A stretch of 64,000 nucleotides of DNA from Opitutaceae bacterium (GCA_040255565.1 JBDZVH010000003.1:677228-741227), one strand, 5' to 3'. Shown: positions 1-10,390, numbered from the stretch's first letter. Numbers and translations are program-made. The notes: a model not told the origin generated them from the letters alone.

Positions 1-369
1 GATCGCCAGCTTCAGCTGTTTCAGATTGCCCGAGAGGACCTCGGTGAGGAATTCGTGCTGCACGGCGTTTTCGTTCATCGCGAGGAGCTCGCGCTCGATC
101 TCGACCGTGTTGCCATCGGGACGCAGCGCACGCGCGGTGCCGTCCTCGGCCAGTTGCGGACGGAGCCGATCGGACGCGGCCGCGAGACCGCCAGCCTTGA
201 GCTCGTTTCTCAGCTGCTGCGCAAAATCCGGAGCGACGTCGAGGCGGTGGTAACCGGGGGTTTCGACGTTCGCGATGTTGGAGGCGATCGCCTCCTCGCG
301 GAGCACCGTTGCGTCGAGGAGCTTCCGAGCGAGGAGGTAATTGTCGGCGCTGAAGACCGGATCGATCAT
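1..369 (-). CDS. flgB: flagellar basal-body rod protein FlgB (C-terminus cut by window edge)
   Basis: Not in the ORF track because the frame runs off the window. My translation of the minus strand from the ATG at 369 gives MIDPVFSADNYLLARKLLDATVLREEAIASNIANVETPGYHRLDV... This carries the rod-protein N-terminal signature (SNIANxxTPGY). The frame stays open for 123 codons down to position 1. Confidence 0.8.
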   Translation of the reverse strand, partial: MIDPVFSADNYLLARKLLDATVLREEAIASNIANVETPGYHRLDVAPDFAQQLRNELKAGGLAAASDRLRPQLAEDGTARALRPDGNTVEIERELLAMNENAVQHEFLTEVLSGNLKQLKLAI

Positions 370-383
370 TGCGCGCACGCTTA

Positions 384-400
384 AGCAGAGCAGGTGCCAG
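384..400 (-). promoter_or_regulatory. sigma54-type (-24/-12) promoter candidate upstream of flgB
   Basis: The minus strand reads C-TGGCAC-CTGCT-CTGC-T. GG and GC have the spacing of the TGGCAC-N5-TTGC consensus, with one mismatch in the -12 box. It ends about 15 nt before the flgB ATG. A sigma54 activator is encoded at 15890..17374. Confidence 0.35.
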
Positions 401-576
401 CGTTGTGGATACACACGCAAGTCGCTAGTTTGTATTCAAATAGAATTTACTCACCCCATGGACGGGTCCTCGCCGCCGCGGAGAGCGGAACGTCACCGGA
501 AAAATTTTCCTCCCGTGCGAAATCGCAGGTCGCGCTTCATTCCCGCTGCAACGGGACGATATAGGGCGGAGACCTC

Positions 577-1407
577 ATGAGGGACAGCGAGTTCGATTTC
601 ATCCGCAGTCTCGTTTACGAGCGCAGCCGCATCAACCTGAGCTCGGACAAACGGGAACTGGTGTCCGCGCGTCTGGGCAAACGCCTGCGCGCGACGAAAC
701 TGGCGTCGGTCGGCGACTACTGTCGCCTGCTGCAATCGCCGGGCGCCGAAGGTGAGCTCGCCCACCTCATCGACGCGATCTCGACGAACCACACGTTCTT
801 CTTCCGCGAGCAGGCGCACTTCGACTATTTGCGCACGGTGGTCGTGCCCGAGCTGCGCGCGCGGGCTTCGCGGGAGCACTGGTCGCAGCTGCGCGTCTGG
901 AGCGCCGCCTGCTCGTCCGGCGAGGAACCCTACTCGCTCGCGATGACGCTCGCCGATTGCGCCAACGGCTGGAAGTGGCATATCCAAGCCACGGATATAT
1001 CGCACCGGATCCTCGAAAAGGCGCGGCTCGCCATCTATCCTGAAGAGTCGGTCGGCCGGCTCCCGACCGCGACGGTGCAGGCCCATTTTCAACGCGGCTT
1101 CGGCCCGCAGGACGGCAATTTCCGCATCAAACCCGCGCTGCGCGAGCAGGTCACGTTCCGCCATCTCAACCTCCTCGAGGGCGAGCCGCCCTTCTCCGAA
1201 CCGTTCCAGGTCATTTTCTGCCGCAATGTGATGATTTATTTCGACCGGCCCACGCAGGAGGAGCTGATCAACCGGCTCACCCGGCGGCTCGTGCCCGGCG
1301 GCTACCTTTTCGTCGGTCACGCGGAAAGCCTGACCACCATCAATCATTCGCTCCAGACGGTGCGGCCGGCCATTTATCGCCGTCCGCCCTCGCGCGCCTC
1401 CGCATGA
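577..1407 (+). CDS. cheR: chemotaxis protein methyltransferase CheR
   Basis: 276-aa ORF with a CheR-type SAM-binding region (VWSAACSSGEEPYSLAMTL...IFCRNVMIYF). ATGA overlap with cheB. Confidence 0.92.
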   Translation: MRDSEFDFIRSLVYERSRINLSSDKRELVSARLGKRLRATKLASVGDYCRLLQSPGAEGELAHLIDAISTNHTFFFREQAHFDYLRTVVVPELRARASREHWSQLRVWSAACSSGEEPYSLAMTLADCANGWKWHIQATDISHRILEKARLAIYPEESVGRLPTATVQAHFQRGFGPQDGNFRIKPALREQVTFRHLNLLEGEPPFSEPFQVIFCRNVMIYFDRPTQEELINRLTRRLVPGGYLFVGHAESLTTINHSLQTVRPAIYRRPPSRASA

Positions 1408-2486
1408 AACGGCCCATTCGCGTGCTCATTGTCGACGACTCCGCCGTCGTCCGAAAACTCGCGACCGACGCGTTGAGCGCCGATCCGGACATCGAGGTCG
1501 TCGGCTCCGCCATCGATCCCTACGTCGCCCGCGACAAGATCAAGCAGCTCAAGCCCGACGTGCTCACGCTGGATCTCGAGATGCCGCGCATGGACGGGCT
1601 GACGTTTCTCCGGATCCTGATGGAGCAGCACCCGCTGCCGGTCGTGATCATGAGCTCGCTCTCGCAACGCGGCTCCGATTACGCGCTCGAGGCGCTGCGG
1701 CTCGGCGCCTGCGACGTCCTCGGCAAGCCCGCCGGGTCGTATTCGTTCGGCGATCTCGGCCCGCAACTCATCGCCCGCATCAAGGCCGCCGCCGGCGCCA
1801 AGCTCCGCCGTCCCGGCGCCACGCTGCGCGCCGTCGCACCGGAGCCGCAACCGCTGCCCGCGCGCCTCCGCCCCGCGGCCGCGCGGCAGATCATTCTCCT
1901 CGGCGCCTCCACCGGCGGCACCGAGGCGCTCCGCACCGTGCTCACGCAGCTGCCGGATGGACTGCCGCCGATCGCGATCGTGCAACACATCCCGCCGGTC
2001 TTCTCGCGCGCGTTCGCCGACCGGCTGAGCACGCAGTGCGCCTTCAAGGTGCGCGAGGCGGTCGACGGCGATCGGCTCGAACCCGGCCTCGCGCTCGTCG
2101 CTCCCGGCAACTTCCACCTGATGGTCCAATGGGCCGGCGACCACTATCGCGCGCGCGTCACCGGCGGACCGCAGATCTGGCACCAGCGCCCCGCGGTCGA
2201 TCTGCTGTTCAAATCCGCCGTCGACTGCGGCGCGGCGCCGCACGCGCTCGCCGGAGTGCTGACCGGCATGGGCAAGGACGGCGCCGAGGGCCTGCTGCGA
2301 CTCCGCGAACATGGCGCGACCACCTTCGCGCAGGACGAGGCGAGCAGCGTCGTCTATGGCATGCCGAAGGCGGCCTGGGAGAATGGCGCCGCACATTACC
2401 AGATCGCGCTCGACCGCATCGCCCATTTTATCGTTCATCCGCTTCAGCCTTCCGCCGACGCCCCGGCATGTGCGACTGCCTCATGA
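1404..2486 (+). CDS. cheB: chemotaxis response regulator protein-glutamate methylesterase CheB
   Basis: 360 aa. N-terminal receiver (VLIVDDSAVVR...LDLEMPRMDG) followed by a methylesterase domain (LLGASTGGTEAL...GMGKDGA). Confidence 0.92.
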   Translation: MKRPIRVLIVDDSAVVRKLATDALSADPDIEVVGSAIDPYVARDKIKQLKPDVLTLDLEMPRMDGLTFLRILMEQHPLPVVIMSSLSQRGSDYALEALRLGACDVLGKPAGSYSFGDLGPQLIARIKAAAGAKLRRPGATLRAVAPEPQPLPARLRPAAARQIILLGASTGGTEALRTVLTQLPDGLPPIAIVQHIPPVFSRAFADRLSTQCAFKVREAVDGDRLEPGLALVAPGNFHLMVQWAGDHYRARVTGGPQIWHQRPAVDLLFKSAVDCGAAPHALAGVLTGMGKDGAEGLLRLREHGATTFAQDEASSVVYGMPKAAWENGAAHYQIALDRIAHFIVHPLQPSADAPACATAS

Positions 2487-3757
2487 CCGCCTCCGCCTCC
2501 ACGTCCGAACCTCCCACCATCCTGATCGTCGACGACGAGCCGGTGGTGCTGGCGGCGCTCCAGCAAACGCTCGAGCGCGAGCGTTTCCACGTGGTCGCGT
2601 GTTCGAGCCCGACGAAGGCGCTCGCCATCCTCGCGGAACGCGACTTCGCGGTGATCATTTCCGACCAGAAGATGCCGGAGATGCTCGGGCTGGATTTTCT
2701 GATCGAGAGCCGCCGGATCCGGCCGCACGCGTCGCGCATCTTGATCACCGCGGTGCTCTCACTGCCGACGATCGTCGATGCGATCAACAAGGGCGAAATT
2801 TTCCGTTTCGTCGCGAAGCCCTGGTTGCGCGAAGAGCTGATCGCCACGGTGCGCAACGCCGTCCATCGCCACGAGCTCGTCACGCACAACTCCATCCTCC
2901 AGGCGGAAACGCAGCGGCTGAACGAAGAGCTGACCGCCGCCAATGCCGTGCTCGCCCAGCAGGTGCAGAGCCTCGAACGGCAGCGCGAGGGCCTCGACGC
3001 CGCGAACCGCAAGCTCGCGGCCAATTACGAACACTCGCTCGAGCTCTGCCGCCGCATTCTCACCACCTTCGACCCGATCCTCGGCGGCCAGGCCAAGGCG
3101 CTCGTCGAGTTCGCCGGCCACCTCGCCGTCAGCGATCTGTTCGACGACGAGCAACGCCACGCGCTGCGGACCGCGGCCTGGCTCTGCGACATCGGTCTGA
3201 TCGGCGTCCCGCGCGAGATGTTGCGCGCCTTCCGTTCGAAAGCCGACGACCTCACCGAGCGGGAACGCGCGATGCTGCACAACCATCCGGTTTACAGCCA
3301 GACGCTCGCCGCCCTCGTCGACGACGACGGCAAAGTCGGCGAAGTGATTCGCGCGCATCACGAACGTTTCGACGGGCGCGGTTATCCCGACGGCCTCGCC
3401 GGCGACGCAATTCCGTGGCCCGCGCGCTGCCTCGCGGTGGCGGTTGGCTACGTCGAATCCGGCCTGCCCAAAGCGGCCGCGATCGACCTGATCCTTTCGC
3501 AATCCGGCAGCGCCTTCGATCCCGAGGCGGTGCGCCTCTTCCTGAAAGTCACCAATCTCGCGCAACTGCCACGGCAGGTGCGGGAGATCACGTTGCACGA
3601 GCTCGAGCCCGGCATGGTGCTCGCCAATGGCATCTACAGCCCGCACGGACTGCTGCTGATTGGCGAGGGCCAGGAACTGAGCCCCGGCACGATCGCGAAA
3701 ATCCGCAGCCACAACCAGGTCACGCCGATCAGCCAGCGGCTGCTCGTGCGGATCTGA
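2483..3757 (+). CDS. response regulator with HD-GYP-type output domain (metal-site residues partly substituted)
   Basis: The start was trimmed from ORF 2036..3757 to the ATG at 2483, which overlaps the cheB stop (ATGA). Receiver: ILIVDDEPVVL...ISDQKMPEMLG...KPW. A coiled-coil linker follows. The C-terminal domain has HHERFDGRGYPDGL (HD-GYP hallmark), but the HD dyad reads CDIGL. Confidence 0.85.
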   Translation: MTASASTSEPPTILIVDDEPVVLAALQQTLERERFHVVACSSPTKALAILAERDFAVIISDQKMPEMLGLDFLIESRRIRPHASRILITAVLSLPTIVDAINKGEIFRFVAKPWLREELIATVRNAVHRHELVTHNSILQAETQRLNEELTAANAVLAQQVQSLERQREGLDAANRKLAANYEHSLELCRRILTTFDPILGGQAKALVEFAGHLAVSDLFDDEQRHALRTAAWLCDIGLIGVPREMLRAFRSKADDLTERERAMLHNHPVYSQTLAALVDDDGKVGEVIRAHHERFDGRGYPDGLAGDAIPWPARCLAVAVGYVESGLPKAAAIDLILSQSGSAFDPEAVRLFLKVTNLAQLPRQVREITLHELEPGMVLANGIYSPHGLLLIGEGQELSPGTIAKIRSHNQVTPISQRLLVRI

Positions 3758-3930
3758 CGCGGCCCCGCACTTTCTCGCGCCACCGCGGCGGAATTTCCGG
3801 CGCGCGCCTCAAGTTTGGCGTGGCCGGACCGTATAATGCCACGCGGCCGCCTGGTTTGCCGCCCCGATCCATGCCTTTCGATTTTCACCTTTTGTCCGGA
3901 CGCGCAGTTGTCGCGCCCGCTGTCTGACGC

Positions 3931-4452
3931 ATGGGCGCCCCGACGATTGCCTCCATCTTCGCCCAACGTGTCGTGATCGGTGTCGGCGACATGGCGGTGT
4001 CCAACAACAGCCTCGTCACCCTGAGCACGTATGCGCTCGGCTCCTGCATCGGGGTCGTCGCCTACGATCCGCTCGTGAAAGTGGGCGGCATCCTGCACCT
4101 GATGCTGCCGGACTCCTCGATCTCGCCGGAGAAAGCCGCGGGCCAGCCGGCGATGTTTGCCGACACGGGACTGCCGCTTTTTTTCCGTTCGCTGCTGGGC
4201 CTGAAAGCCGACCGCTCGCGCCTGCGCGTGTTCGTGACCGGCGGCGCCTGCGTGCTCACGAGCCATGACAATTTCAAGATCGGCGAGCGCAACACCAAGG
4301 CGACGCTCGAGTTTCTGGCCGCCAACGGCTACCGTATCCGCCAACAGGTTACAGGCGGCACGACCAATCGCACGGTCCACCTGGAGATCGGCAACGGCAA
4401 CATGACGTTGAAGACGCCGCAGGCCAACGAGGGAATTTCCCTCGCGGCGTAA
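3931..4452 (+). CDS. cheD: chemoreceptor glutamine deamidase CheD
   Basis: 173 aa. LGSCIGVVAYDP...GGILHLMLP...FKIGERN is typical of CheD. Confidence 0.88.
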   Translation: MGAPTIASIFAQRVVIGVGDMAVSNNSLVTLSTYALGSCIGVVAYDPLVKVGGILHLMLPDSSISPEKAAGQPAMFADTGLPLFFRSLLGLKADRSRLRVFVTGGACVLTSHDNFKIGERNTKATLEFLAANGYRIRQQVTGGTTNRTVHLEIGNGNMTLKTPQANEGISLAA

Positions 4453-4478
4453 GTTCGCGGATCGCGACACCGCCAAAC

Positions 4479-4640
4479 CCACCTCGGAGTGGCGATCGGG
4501 ACGATCGCCGCTACCCTCCTGATCTAGACCACGGAGTGCACAGAACGCACGGAGTGCCCGCGGCACTGAGATCGAAGCGGAGGGCCACATTCTGTGCACT
4601 CTGTGCCCTCCGTGGTTCAAAATTCCGGATCCGAAAAACA
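4479..4640. repeat. structured intergenic repeat, family A (copy lacking the first hairpin module)
   Basis: Contains the GGCGATCG-gga-CGATCGCC hairpin. It also has the long inverted repeat ACCACGGAGTGCACAGAA ... TTCTGTGCAC(T/C)C(T/C)GTGGT and ends in TTCAAAATTCCGGATCCGAAAAA. Near-identical modules occur at 4724..4884 and 13392..13895. Confidence 0.85.
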
Positions 4641-4654
4641 CGCGTATTCGGTGG

Positions 4655-4680
4655 AGCCCGGCGTCCCCGCCGGGCTGTTT
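4655..4680 (+). terminator. GC-rich hairpin between the two family-A repeat copies (possible cheD terminator)
   Basis: AGCCCGGC-gtcccc-GCCGGGCT is a perfect 8-bp stem followed by GTTT. The U-tract is weak. Confidence 0.3.
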
Positions 4681-4723
4681 GTCGCTCCTTCGCCGCCGCC
4701 GCTCACTCCTGCAAGCGACCACC

Positions 4724-4884
4724 GAACTCAGGACGCGTGAGGACACGCGTCCCCACCTCGGAGTGGCGATCGGGACGATCGCCGCTACCTTCCTGATTCT
4801 AAACTACGGAGTGCCCGCGGACTGAGATCGAAGCGGCAAGTCGCATTCTGTGCACTCCGTGGTTCAAAATTCCGGATCCGAAAA
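4724..4884. repeat. structured intergenic repeat, family A (full three-hairpin unit)
   Basis: Module 1 is GGACGCGT-gaggac-ACGCGTCC. Module 2 is GGCGATCG-gga-CGATCGCC. Module 3 is a CACGGAGTG-type long imperfect palindrome ending GGTTCAAAATTCCGGATCCGAAAAG. Confidence 0.85.
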
Positions 4885-4898
4885 GCGCCCGCGCCAGC

Positions 4899-5771
4899 TC
4901 AGAACGACACCGCGCCTTGCGAGAGCTTGTCTTTCAGTCGCGCGCTCGCGCGTTCATGCACGATCGGCATCGTCTCCTGCAACAGCTCGGGCGTGAAACC
5001 CCATTCGAGCAGGAACGATTCGTTGAGCGAATAAAGGAATCCGTCCTCGCCCACGCCGGGACCGAACGACGTCGCCACGTATTTCGCCGCGTGCAGATGC
5101 GCGATCAACGGCAATGCCTCCGCCGGCGCATGCGACGGGCTGAGGTAATGCTCGGCCACCGCGATGAGCACGGGCGGAAAATTCCACGCCCGCAACAAAC
5201 GCGCGCCGACCTGAACGTGGTGATACCCCAGGACCGCCGTTTCCGCTTCGGTCCAGGTTCCACCATGGCTCGCGCAATACGCGCGGATCGCCGGATGAAA
5301 CCCCTCGCAGGCGTGAGCGACGGCCAGCTTGCCCACATCGCACACGAGCCCGGCGGTGTAGGCGGTCTGCGGCGACACCCGCTCGCTCATGCCGGCGAGC
5401 ACCTCGGCCGCGATCGCGGTGCACAGCGCATGACGGCAGAAATCGCCCGCCTCGCCGTGCCCCACGCCGGTCTCCCAACGACTCACCAAGGCCAGTGCCG
5501 CGAGCCGGTAAAGCTCGTGCTGACCGAGCCGCATCACCGCTTCCGCCACGCTTTCCACCGGCGTGCCGGCGGCAAAAAAGGCCGAGTTCGCGAGTCGCAG
5601 CGTCGACGACGCGAGCCCCGGGTCGACTGTGATGATCGCTGCAATGTCGTCCGCGCTGGTGTCTGGCGACTGCAACGCCGAGATCAATCGGGGCAGCAGC
5701 GCCGGGGAACAGGGCAGCCGCAACGCACGTTCGCAGACCTGTTCGAGAGTGGGTGGCTTGGACGGAATCAC
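4899..5771 (-). CDS. HDOD domain signalling protein
   Basis: 290 aa. LPCSPALLPRLISALQSPDTSADDIAAIITVDPGLASSTLRLANSAFF is the HDOD N-terminal pattern. It lies directly downstream of cheA on the same strand. Confidence 0.8.
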   Translation of the reverse strand: MIPSKPPTLEQVCERALRLPCSPALLPRLISALQSPDTSADDIAAIITVDPGLASSTLRLANSAFFAAGTPVESVAEAVMRLGQHELYRLAALALVSRWETGVGHGEAGDFCRHALCTAIAAEVLAGMSERVSPQTAYTAGLVCDVGKLAVAHACEGFHPAIRAYCASHGGTWTEAETAVLGYHHVQVGARLLRAWNFPPVLIAVAEHYLSPSHAPAEALPLIAHLHAAKYVATSFGPGVGEDGFLYSLNESFLLEWGFTPELLQETMPIVHERASARLKDKLSQGAVSF

Positions 5772-5825
5772 GGGAAAGGGTTTGGGTGGAGTCGCCGGCC
5801 GGCGCAGTTCGCGCCAACGCGGGGT

Positions 5826-7973
5826 TCAGGCAGCCTGCAACAACGTGGCCGGATCGAGAATCAGCGCGATGTTGCCGTCGCCCAGGATCGCGCCGCCCGC
5901 GACGCCCGGCAGGCTTTGCATGAACGCGCCGAGGTTTTTGATCACCACTTCCTGCTTGCTGACCATCTCGTCGACGAGGAGCGCCGACACGGTGCCCGAA
6001 TGCTCGACGATCACGACGATGCCGTCCCAGGGATTCTCCGCCTGATGCGGGATGCCGAAGCGACGGTGCAACCGGTGGATCGGCAGGAGGCGACCGCGCA
6101 GATCGAGCACCTCGCCGCGGCCGTGCACCGTGGAGATCGCCTCGCGCGCCGGTCGCAGCGCCCGTTGCACGGACGTGCTCGGGAGAATGAAACGATCTTC
6201 GCCAACGCGCACGACCAGGCCGTCGATGATCGCCATCGTGAGCGGCAGCTTGATCTTGAAAATCGAACCCTGGCCCACCTCGGACGTGATCTCGATCTTG
6301 CCGCGCAGTTTCTCGATGTTGCGCTTCACCACGTCCATGCCGACGCCGCGGCCGGAGACCGCGGTGACCTTCTCGGCGGTCGAAAAACCGGGCGCGAAAA
6401 TCAGGCCGAGAACCTCCTCGCGACTGAGACTCTCCCCTTCGGAAACGATGCCCTTTTCGAGCGCCTTCTTGAAAATCTTCTCGGGATCGATGCCGCGACC
6501 GTCGTCCTGCAGCTCGATGACGATGTTGCTGCCCTGGTGGTAAGCCTTGAGATGAATCGTGCCGGCTTCCGGCTTGCCGGCGGCGAGGCGCGCGGCGGTG
6601 GGTTCAAGACCGTGATCGAGCGCGTTGCGGACCATGTGCACGAGCGGATCGCCGATTTCCTCCACGACGGTCCGGTCGAGTTCGGTGTCGTCGCCACTGG
6701 TCATGAAATGAACCTTCTTGCCGAAATCCCGCGCGAGATCGCGCGCCAGACGCTCCATCTTCTGGAAGGTCTGCTTGATCGGAATCATGCGCAGCGACAT
6801 CGCCGTGTGCTGCAGCTCCTTGGTGATGCGCGACAGCTGCGCGACGTTGCGCTGCAACGGCGACCCGGTGTTTTCGCCCTGTTGGCGCGCCGTCTCGAGC
6901 AGCTGGCTTTGCACGATCACCAGCTCGCCCACGACGTCCATCAACGAATCGAGCTTCTCGGTGTTGACGCGCACGGTGGCGCCGCCCGTGTTTTTCTGCG
7001 TCGAAGGAGCGATCACGCTCGGTGCCGCCTTGGCTGCGGCCGCCGGCGGAGTCGCGTGGTGCGGAGCGGGCGTTTCGAGCGCAGCGGGCACGTGCGTCCC
7101 GTCGGCCTGGGGCGCCGGAGTGGCGACGGGTTTCGGCGCAACGTCCGCGGAAGCGGCGCTCGCCGAGCCGGAGTTTTCCGCGAGGCGTTTCACCGCGCGA
7201 ATGAGATGACCGACCGGAACGATCTGATCGGGCAACTGGCCTTTCTCCAGCGCCAGGGCGACCTGCTGCGTCAGGGCCACGAGCGCGTCGCGGCTGCGCA
7301 GGATCTCCGTGATGATCGCCGCGTTCAGGCGCAGCTTGTGATTGCGCGCGAGATCGAGCAGCGACTCGACTTCGTGCGCGAGCGTGTGCATCGGCACCAG
7401 CCCGAGGAATCCAGCGTTGCCCTTGATCGTATGGAAGGAACGGAAAATGGAATTGAGCGCCTCCGGATTCTCCGGCTCCTGATCGAGCGCGAGCAGCGCC
7501 GCTTCGATCTGCTGGAGATGATCCACGGCCTCGCCGTAGAACTCGCCGAGCAGCTCGCGATTGTCCTCGAGGTGCAGCGTCAGCATCACGTCCTCGGTCG
7601 AGCGATCCTCGGCGGGCGCGGTCGCCGGCTTTGACGCCGCCGGCGCGGCCGCGGCCGAAAAGGACGGGACCGGTATCGACGCCCTCAGGGCGTCGAGTGC
7701 GACGGGCAGCCACTCCACGAGCCGCTGCAGTTCGGCGAGCGTCGGCTCGTCGAACGGTTGCGCGGCATCGAGCCGCTGTTCCAGCGTCGCGTGCATCGCC
7801 GCAATCGGCTGGCTCAGCGCCGGCTCGCCCGCACTCAGATCGCGGAGATCGCTCAGCAGGCTATAGGCGGGCACGAGCCCGTCGTCGCGACCTGGCTGGG
7901 CCAGGATCGATTCGGCGGCGAGACGATTGATGGCGTCGTCCAGGGCTTTCAGGGACTCCGGAGAAATGGGCAT
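5826..7973 (-). CDS. cheA: chemotaxis histidine kinase CheA
   Basis: 715 aa. Hpt motif [15 protein letters not shown], HATPase region ([10 protein letters not shown]...DDGRGID...GRGVGMDVV) and a C-terminal CheW-like domain. Confidence 0.93.
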   Translation of the reverse strand: MPISPESLKALDDAINRLAAESILAQPGRDDGLVPAYSLLSDLRDLSAGEPALSQPIAAMHATLEQRLDAAQPFDEPTLAELQRLVEWLPVALDALRASIPVPSFSAAAAPAASKPATAPAEDRSTEDVMLTLHLEDNRELLGEFYGEAVDHLQQIEAALLALDQEPENPEALNSIFRSFHTIKGNAGFLGLVPMHTLAHEVESLLDLARNHKLRLNAAIITEILRSRDALVALTQQVALALEKGQLPDQIVPVGHLIRAVKRLAENSGSASAASADVAPKPVATPAPQADGTHVPAALETPAPHHATPPAAAAKAAPSVIAPSTQKNTGGATVRVNTEKLDSLMDVVGELVIVQSQLLETARQQGENTGSPLQRNVAQLSRITKELQHTAMSLRMIPIKQTFQKMERLARDLARDFGKKVHFMTSGDDTELDRTVVEEIGDPLVHMVRNALDHGLEPTAARLAAGKPEAGTIHLKAYHQGSNIVIELQDDGRGIDPEKIFKKALEKGIVSEGESLSREEVLGLIFAPGFSTAEKVTAVSGRGVGMDVVKRNIEKLRGKIEITSEVGQGSIFKIKLPLTMAIIDGLVVRVGEDRFILPSTSVQRALRPAREAISTVHGRGEVLDLRGRLLPIHRLHRRFGIPHQAENPWDGIVVIVEHSGTVSALLVDEMVSKQEVVIKNLGAFMQSLPGVAGGAILGDGNIALILDPATLLQAA

Positions 7974-8168
7974 GGAGCGAAGTGGAAACAGAGGCGGTGC
8001 CTTTACTTCGGCTCGCGCCGAAGGTTCTTGAATCGAAACGCCGCCCCCACATTCGGGCCGCTTACTCCGCCTGCATGTACCAAGTACGGTCGCGTGCCGC
8101 TGTTAAAAAATCGCGAAGCACGCTCTCGCTACTCATCGGCGAGAGGTTTTGCGCCGCTGTTTTGCGCG

Positions 8169-9752
8169 ATGAAAACCTGGTCCCTGCGGAAGCTGCTTCT
8201 GGTCGGCTTCTCTGTTCCCACTCTCGCTATTCTGGCGCTCGCCGCCACCTGCTTCGTGAGCCTCGGCACGGTGAGGCACGAGGTCACCCAGATCACGGGA
8301 GAAAGCATACCGGGTTTGACGATCAGCAATCGGGCCCTCGGCGAGGCGACCGCCTACCGCGTCACCACGCTCAAGCACATCATCAGCGACAACGTCGACG
8401 AAATGAAGGCGCTCGACGAACAGTGCATCGCCCTGGGGAAGCAGGTGCTCGCCACGCTCGCCACCTACCAGCAGAAGATCGTCACGCCGGAGGACCGTGC
8501 GTTGTTCGAGCGCGTCGGCCCCGCCTTCGAAACCTACCGCGAAAGCGCCCGGGCGATTCGCGAACTCAGCCTCGCCGGCAAGCCCGCCGAAGCCGAGGTG
8601 CTGATGAAAGGCTCGGGCTCGCAGGCGTTTGCTGCCTACGAACAAACCGTACAAGCACTCGTAAACTACAACATCACCGCCGCCGAGACGTCGCGCACCC
8701 AGGTTGCCGCCACAATGGTGCGCGCCAGCTACGTCACCACGGTCGTCTCGCTGAGCGCGATCGCCCTCTGCGTCCTCGCCGGCTTTCTCATCACCCGCTT
8801 CGTCAACAAAACCCTCCGCCGCGTCAGCGCCGCGCTCGACGACACCTCCGCGCAGGTCACCTCCGCCGCCAGTCAGGTATCCGGCGCGAGCCAGTCGCTG
8901 GCCGAGGGCGCCAGCGAACAGGCCGCCAGCCTCGAGGAAACCGGCGCGTCCATCGAAGAGCTCTCGAGCATGACGAAGCGCAATGCCGACAGCGCGCAGC
9001 AGACGAAGGAGCTCTCGAATCACACCCGCAGCGCCGCCGACACCTGCGCCACCGACATGCAGGAGATGAACCGCGCGATGGACGAAATCAAAGCCTCCTC
9101 CTCCGACATTTCGAAAATCATCAAGACCATCGACGAGATCGCGTTCCAGACCAACATCCTCGCACTCAACGCTGCCGTGGAAGCGGCTCGCGCCGGCGAA
9201 GCGGGCATGGGTTTCGCCGTCGTGGCCGACGAGGTCCGCAGTCTCGCGCAGCGCTCCGCCCAGTCCGCGAAGGAAACCGCCTCCAAGATCGAGGAGGCGA
9301 TCGGCAAGAGCGAGCAAGGCGTGCGCATCTCGGGCAAGGTCGCCGCCTCGCTCGGTGAAATCGTCGAAAAAGCCCGGCGCGTCGACGCCCTCGTCGCCGA
9401 GATCGCGACCGCTTCGCAGGAGCAGAGCCAGGGCATCCAGCAAGTGAATACGACGGTCAGCCAGATGGACAAGGTCACCCAGTCCACCGCGAGCAACGCC
9501 GAGGAAACGGCCGCGGCAGCCGAAGAATTGAGCGCGCAGGCCGTCGCCATGCAGGACGCCGTCGCGGATCTGCGTCGCCTGATTGACGGGGGTTCCTCCC
9601 GTCCGTCCGCGAAACCGGCGCGAGCCGACGCCCCATCCCCCGCGGTCACGCTCACCGCCGCGTCGCCGCGCCGGCCGGTGCTGGTGTCCTCCCATGGCCC
9701 GGCCGACCCGGTCGATCTGAATTTTGCCGACCTCGGCGATCGTCGGAACTGA
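8169..9752 (+). CDS. methyl-accepting chemotaxis protein
   Basis: The start was trimmed from ORF 7758..9752 to the ATG at 8169 ([26 protein letters not shown], an N-terminal TM segment). There is a second TM segment. The signalling domain is highly conserved: [44 protein letters not shown]. Confidence 0.92.
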   Translation: MKTWSLRKLLLVGFSVPTLAILALAATCFVSLGTVRHEVTQITGESIPGLTISNRALGEATAYRVTTLKHIISDNVDEMKALDEQCIALGKQVLATLATYQQKIVTPEDRALFERVGPAFETYRESARAIRELSLAGKPAEAEVLMKGSGSQAFAAYEQTVQALVNYNITAAETSRTQVAATMVRASYVTTVVSLSAIALCVLAGFLITRFVNKTLRRVSAALDDTSAQVTSAASQVSGASQSLAEGASEQAASLEETGASIEELSSMTKRNADSAQQTKELSNHTRSAADTCATDMQEMNRAMDEIKASSSDISKIIKTIDEIAFQTNILALNAAVEAARAGEAGMGFAVVADEVRSLAQRSAQSAKETASKIEEAIGKSEQGVRISGKVAASLGEIVEKARRVDALVAEIATASQEQSQGIQQVNTTVSQMDKVTQSTASNAEETAAAAEELSAQAVAMQDAVADLRRLIDGGSSRPSAKPARADAPSPAVTLTAASPRRPVLVSSHGPADPVDLNFADLGDRRN

Positions 9753-9838
9753 AGCCCGCGTCGCCTGCCGTTTTCCCCTCAACCCGCCATCGAAACAGCC
9801 GATGGAGTCTCCGAAAGCGTCATGCCGGCCGCCGCCGC

Positions 9839-10360
9839 ATGGCGCGCCCGCCAACCATCATGTCCACTATCAACGCTCCCAGCGCCAAGACGAAACTCGC
9901 CGGCAAGTATCTCACCGTCGTGCTCGAGAACGAAGCCTACGGCATAGCCGTGCTCAAGGTGCGCGAAATCATTCGGATGCAAAAGATCACGCCGGTGCCG
10001 CAGATGCCGAGCTTCGTGAAGGGCGTGATCAACCTGCGCGGTCGCGTGATTCCGGTCGTCGATCTTCGCGTGAAGTTCGGCCTCAAGGCCGAATTCGCGG
10101 AGCGCACGTGCATCGTGGTCGTGCAGGTGAAATTGCCCACGGAGCAGGTGGTGCAAATGGGACTGATCGTCGACAGCGTTGAGGAGGTCGTGACGCTCAC
10201 GAACGACGAGATCGAACCCACGCCGGATTTCGGCACCAAGATCGACACGAGCTACCTGCTCGGCATGGCGAAGGTGAAGGGCCAGGTAAAGACGCTGCTC
10301 GACATCGACCGCGTCGTCGCGCCCGAAACCGTCCAGGCGATGACGGAAGTCGCACCCTGA
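9839..10360 (+). CDS. cheW: chemotaxis coupling protein CheW
   Basis: KYLTVVLENEAYGIAVLKVREIIRMQKITPVPQMPSFVKGVINLRGRVIPVVDLRVKFG is a CheW domain. The ATG at 9860 is an alternative start. Confidence 0.88.
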   Translation: MARPPTIMSTINAPSAKTKLAGKYLTVVLENEAYGIAVLKVREIIRMQKITPVPQMPSFVKGVINLRGRVIPVVDLRVKFGLKAEFAERTCIVVVQVKLPTEQVVQMGLIVDSVEEVVTLTNDEIEPTPDFGTKIDTSYLLGMAKVKGQVKTLLDIDRVVAPETVQAMTEVAP

Positions 10361-10390
10361 GGCTTCCGCGCTGCTGCGGTCCCCTTTTCG

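Noticed and set aside
2311-3927. 538-aa plus-strand ORF in an alternate frame of the HD-GYP regulator; ORF 2036..3757 taken as a full-length 573-aa protein
   Set aside because: The translation is an Arg/Pro-rich shadow frame. The real product starts at 2483, where the receiver domain begins and the ATG overlaps the cheB stop.
4917-7634. 905-aa plus-strand ORF
   Set aside because: It is antisense to the clearly recognisable HDOD and CheA genes. The translation is Arg/Gly/Asp/His-rich low-complexity sequence typical of antisense frames in high-GC DNA.
8133-9854. 573-aa minus-strand ORF; likewise 11721..13205 (494 aa)
   Set aside because: Both are antisense to the two MCP genes, whose signalling domains are unmistakable. 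No motifs were found and the composition is antisense-like.
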